32,000 nucleotides of DNA from Desulfotalea psychrophila LSv54 (GTDB lineage Bacteria > Desulfobacterota > Desulfobulbia > Desulfobulbales > Desulfocapsaceae), in contig NC_006138.1 of the NCBI RefSeq assembly GCF_000025945.1, positions 3,180,001 through 3,212,000 on the forward strand, written 5' to 3'. A model generated the notes under the pieces. That model ran no database searches. It was given only the letters and a program-made list of their open reading frames with translations, and was not told the DNA's origin. Position numbers and translations under genes: made by a program. Positions 28,795 through 32,000 of this stretch are shown one piece after another. The stretch's first letter is position 1, and each line of letters begins with the position of its first letter.

Positions 28795-29730
28795 TCATAA
28801 AGAGCTTACATCTTCAGGCGTATTTGCATTTGTCCAGGCCAGTTCTAATTCAGGGGGAATAGAGAGCAGATGCACTTTTTCGTCCTCAGCAACCGCACTA
28901 ATCTGTAAGGTTTTTTCTTCTACCAGTCTCTCAAACAAAAAGCCACTCTGACTTTCATAACAGGCAAAGAGTGGCTCCACCCGCTTAAAGCCCAAAGTTT
29001 TTCCTGCAGCAAGACTCTCACGCATGGGAACCACAGCCCAACGCCCCAGAGCCCGATGAGTAAGCAACCACTCTATGGCCATATCAGAGACAAGAGGCAT
29101 ATCACAGGCCACCAAGAGCCAAGAATTGCGTGGGAAGGCTCGGCATGCCCCGACAATGCCACCGAGAGGGCCTGCAATACCTCCCGCATCGGCAATTCTT
29201 CTCAAGCCCATAAGGCTCTGAGGAAGATCGCCCGCACCGGCGACAACAACCTCTGTCACATAAGGTTTTAGTCTTGCAACGGTTTTCTCAAGCCAGGTCT
29301 GTCCGTCCCTTGATTGCAAAAGATGTTTCGCCTGTCCCATCCGAGAGCTTTTACCGCCAATCAAGACACAGCCAACCAGAGGAGGAGGCCCATACATCCT
29401 CTGTAACTTTTCATAGAGATGCCAGAAATCCCGGGCTAAATAGTCACAGTCTCCTACTCGGAAATAGAGTTCTCCATCCATGGCAAAGGAGGAGACCACC
29501 ACCTCACAGAAGTTAAGATCCCGGGGCAGGTCCTGCAGACGGGTAAGGACAATATCTGCCCGATGAAAGGCTTCAAGGGCATAGACATCCTGCCAGCGAT
29601 CCCCTCTGAAAATATAGGCATCAATATTTTCCAGAAGAAGCATCTCCTGAAGCATGACCATTGCCTCCAGGCAAAGATCGATCCTCTCCTCTTTAAAGAC
29701 AAGAACAGGTTTATTATGGGATTGATCCAT
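28795..29730 (-). CDS. mobA: Molybdenum cofactor guanylyltransferase (MobA-like) with ~115-aa N-terminal extension
   Basis: GCVLIGGKSSRMGQAKHLL, GGIAGPLGGIVGACRAFPRNSWLLVACDMPLVS; the first ~115 aa precede the nucleotidyltransferase domain. Confidence 0.83.
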   Translation of the reverse strand: MDQSHNKPVLVFKEERIDLCLEAMVMLQEMLLLENIDAYIFRGDRWQDVYALEAFHRADIVLTRLQDLPRDLNFCEVVVSSFAMDGELYFRVGDCDYLARDFWHLYEKLQRMYGPPPLVGCVLIGGKSSRMGQAKHLLQSRDGQTWLEKTVARLKPYVTEVVVAGAGDLPQSLMGLRRIADAGGIAGPLGGIVGACRAFPRNSWLLVACDMPLVSDMAIEWLLTHRALGRWAVVPMRESLAAGKTLGFKRVEPLFACYESQSGFLFERLVEEKTLQISAVAEDEKVHLLSIPPELELAWTNANTPEDVSSL

Positions 29731-29909
29731 TTCCGTAGATACCTTAAAATTTTAATAGGATGGCTTTTATGGCAGAGATGAGCAAGGTATTTACGTTGCA
29801 CTTAGACCATTAGCATGTTATACACCCACGCGATTTCAAAAGATAGAAAAACATTGGAAGCAAAAGGTCCTACCACCTAAATAACGTCATACTTTTTAAG
29901 CCGAATATC

Positions 29910-30986
29910 ATGGAAAAAGATCTCAGTAGAGAAGCATATTACTACCATCTGCCAGAAGAAAACATTGCCCAAAAACCTGCCGACAAACGCGATCACTCAA
30001 AGTTGATGGTGCTCAACACCTCTACGGGAAAGGTCGAGCATAAAATTTTCAACAATGTTTTAGAGTACATAAACCCCGGAGACATGCTTATTGTCAACAA
30101 CACCAAGGTCTTTCCTGCCCGCCTTACGGGACACAAGGAAAGCGGTGGAAAAGTAGAGGTTTTTCTCCTTGAACTGCCAACCTATATCCGCCCAGGTGTC
30201 TCTGAAAGCATCGCTCTTATCAAATCTTCACGAAAGCCGAAGGTGGGAAGCACATTAACAATAAATGAGGCCCTGAGCTGCCGGGTAACGGAGCAACTTG
30301 CCGGGGGCAAGGCACGGTTGCAGCTGCACTACGACAAAGATGTCGATGTTACAGAAATTTTGGCAGGGATCGGTGAAATCCCACTTCCTCCCTATATAAA
30401 AAGAGAAGAGGGCACAACCCCTGAAGACGTGACAAGGTATCAAACCGTTTACGCCAATGTGCCGGGCGCCGTAGCAGCACCCACCGCAGGCCTCCACTTC
30501 ACCGAGGAGCTTCTGCAAAGTCTGCGAGAAAATGGCATTCAATTTGGCGAAGTAACCCTCCATGTGGGCTATGGCACCTTCGCCCCTGTTCGAGCTGAAA
30601 ATATCGTAGAACACAATATCCATGAGGAGTTTGTCTCCGTGGGCCAAGAGACCGTGGACAAAATCATTGCAACCCGGAAGGCTGGTGGCAAAATTTGGGC
30701 CGTGGGCACCACAACAGTACGTTCACTGGAATTTGCCGCTGCCCAACACGGCGGGCAAATTGCCGCCACCGAAGGATGGTGTGCTCTCTATATCTATCCA
30801 GGGTTCAAGTTTCAGGTCATTGACAACCTCATCACCAACTTTCATCTGCCTGACTCGTCTCTTATGTTCCTGGTATCCGCACTTTGTCGCCGGGAAAAGC
30901 TACTGGAGTGCTATCAGATGGCAATCAAAGAAGATTATCGTTTTTTCTCCTATGGCGATGCCATGGCTGTTATCAGCGGCGAATAA
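29910..30986 (+). CDS. queA: S-adenosylmethionine:tRNA ribosyltransferase-isomerase
   Basis: YHLPEENIAQKPADKRDHSKLMVL, PGDMLIVNNTKVFPARLTG, TYQTVYANVPGAVAAPTAGLHFTEELL, LHVGYGTFAPVR, FHLPDSSLMFLVSAL. Confidence 0.96.
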   Translation: MEKDLSREAYYYHLPEENIAQKPADKRDHSKLMVLNTSTGKVEHKIFNNVLEYINPGDMLIVNNTKVFPARLTGHKESGGKVEVFLLELPTYIRPGVSESIALIKSSRKPKVGSTLTINEALSCRVTEQLAGGKARLQLHYDKDVDVTEILAGIGEIPLPPYIKREEGTTPEDVTRYQTVYANVPGAVAAPTAGLHFTEELLQSLRENGIQFGEVTLHVGYGTFAPVRAENIVEHNIHEEFVSVGQETVDKIIATRKAGGKIWAVGTTTVRSLEFAAAQHGGQIAATEGWCALYIYPGFKFQVIDNLITNFHLPDSSLMFLVSALCRREKLLECYQMAIKEDYRFFSYGDAMAVISGE

Positions 30987-30990
30987 AAAA

Positions 30991-31028
30991 AATGCCCCCT
31001 GCAATCAATTTCTACTGCAGGGGGCATT
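30991..31028. terminator. Bidirectional Rho-independent terminator between convergent queA and FmdB-like gene
   Basis: Perfect 13-bp stem AATGCCCCCTGCA(30991-31003)/TGCAGGGGGCATT(31016-31028), A-run on the left and T-rich tract on the right. Confidence 0.92.
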
Positions 31029-31057
31029 AACATTTATTTTTTCCAACTACTCTATGC

Positions 31058-31288
31058 TCAAGAGGCCGACGAACATCCCTTACATTCGCCACCGCCCGAG
31101 GTACTGGTAGAGCTAGAATAACCATCGGCATACCAACCGCCGCCCTTGAGCTGAAAAGAGTTCACAGACATCAATTTCTTCACCGCGCCATGACATTCAG
31201 GACACTCGGTCAATGGATCATCACTCATACGTTGTTGTACCTCAAAGACCTTCTCACATTTACTACACTCATACTCATAAACTGGCAT
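31058..31288 (-). CDS. FmdB-family zinc ribbon protein
   Basis: MPVYEYECSKCEKVFEVQQRMSDDPLTECPECHGAVKKLMS with Ser/Gly-rich tail ending ECKGCSSAS. The ORF-track start (31327) is a TTG extension; ATG at 31288 is conserved. Confidence 0.93.
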   Translation of the reverse strand: MPVYEYECSKCEKVFEVQQRMSDDPLTECPECHGAVKKLMSVNSFQLKGGGWYADGYSSSTSTSGGGECKGCSSAS

Positions 31289-31660
31289 TTTACTCACCTC
31301 AAAGACAAAACAATAGCAGAAGGACAACGGGGAACATGCCCTGCCCCTCGTGTTTGGTTGATTCCCGACTCAGGGAAATATATTTCTATACAGGTCTTTT
31401 ACCGAAAAGCTCCAGAAGCCTCTCGCAAAACTTATTGTAATTCCCATCATCGAATATGTCAACAAAGGCGCCAGTCTACAGTACAAAAATCATTATAAAA
31501 CATGATCGATTGCCCCTCCTGAAAAAAGCCCCTCTAGCTGCCTCCACCGAGCAGAGACTAACGACAGAGAGACAAAGAGGGACTCTCCCCCTCGCCCCCC
31601 TTGCACCTTAGTATAATTTAGACTATAGGCGGAGAGACAATATTTTTTACCATTTTTCAT

Positions 31661-31676
31661 ATAGCGCTCGCGCTAT
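31661..31676. other. Short perfect hairpin in leader of the queuosine-precursor-transporter-like gene
   Basis: ATAGCG(31661-31666) CTCG CGCTAT(31671-31676), 22 nt upstream of the ATG at 31699. Confidence 0.4.
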
Positions 31677-31698
31677 CCACCTAAGACTAAAAAACAAA

Positions 31699-32000
31699 AT
31701 GAATGAGCTCATGTGGGTAGTAATGCTACTTACCAATTTTTCTCTAATCCTCATATGCTACAAGATCTATGGCAGAATGGGCCTCTACCTGTGGATCCCC
31801 ATCTCCACCATTATTGCCAATATTCAGGTGCTCAAACTCGTTGAAATCATGGGCGTTGAGGCAACACTGGGTAATATTGTCTATGCATCCTCCTTTTTGG
31901 CCACGGATATTCTTTCGGAGAACCATGACAGAAAGGATGCCAAGAGGGCAATCGGGATAGGTTTTCTCTCCCTCTTATCCCTTACCCTCCTGATGCAAAT
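31699..32000 (+). CDS. Queuosine precursor transporter, YhhQ-like (partial, runs off window)
   Basis: Absent from the ORF track because it is open at the window edge. Translation: MNELMWVVMLLTNFSLILICYKIYGRMGLYLWIPISTIIANIQVLKLVEIMGVEATLGNIVYASSFLATDILSENHDRKDAKRAIGIGFLSLLSLTLLMQ. Confidence 0.87.
   Translation, partial: MNELMWVVMLLTNFSLILICYKIYGRMGLYLWIPISTIIANIQVLKLVEIMGVEATLGNIVYASSFLATDILSENHDRKDAKRAIGIGFLSLLSLTLLMQ

Overview
The window looks like an ordinary gene-dense deltaproteobacterial chromosome segment. The gene content suggests a Desulfobulbaceae/Desulfotalea-like organism, but that is inference. I see no CRISPR array, rRNA, tRNA, transposase or phage module. Left to right it holds: a truncated DUF134-like gene missed by the ORF track; a DUF4390-like / NtrY-like kinase / NtrX-like sigma54 regulator / hemB run; VanZ-like and SEC-C genes; class II (B12-dependent) ribonucleotide reductase nrdJ; a 4Fe-4S protein; a YkgJ-like / AcuB-like CBS / AcuC-like deacetylase operon; a thioredoxin-fold protein coupled to a CaCA-type exchanger-like protein; a LysR regulator; a tripartite RND efflux operon whose adaptor gene is split by a -1 frameshift; an MFS transporter; a Bpt-type aminoacyl-tRNA-protein transferase; gdhA; a 990-aa protein with two receiver-like domains and a PEP/pyruvate-binding domain; a HTH regulator with a Cys/Trp-rich tail; MobA with an unexplained N-terminal extension; queA; an FmdB-type zinc ribbon; and the start of a YhhQ-type queuosine-precursor transporter. 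I cannot support a clear new multi-gene system. The best candidates for a second look are the receiver/PEP-binding protein, the thioredoxin-fold + CaCA-like pair, the extended MobA next to the cysteine-rich HTH regulator, and the frameshifted RND adaptor.
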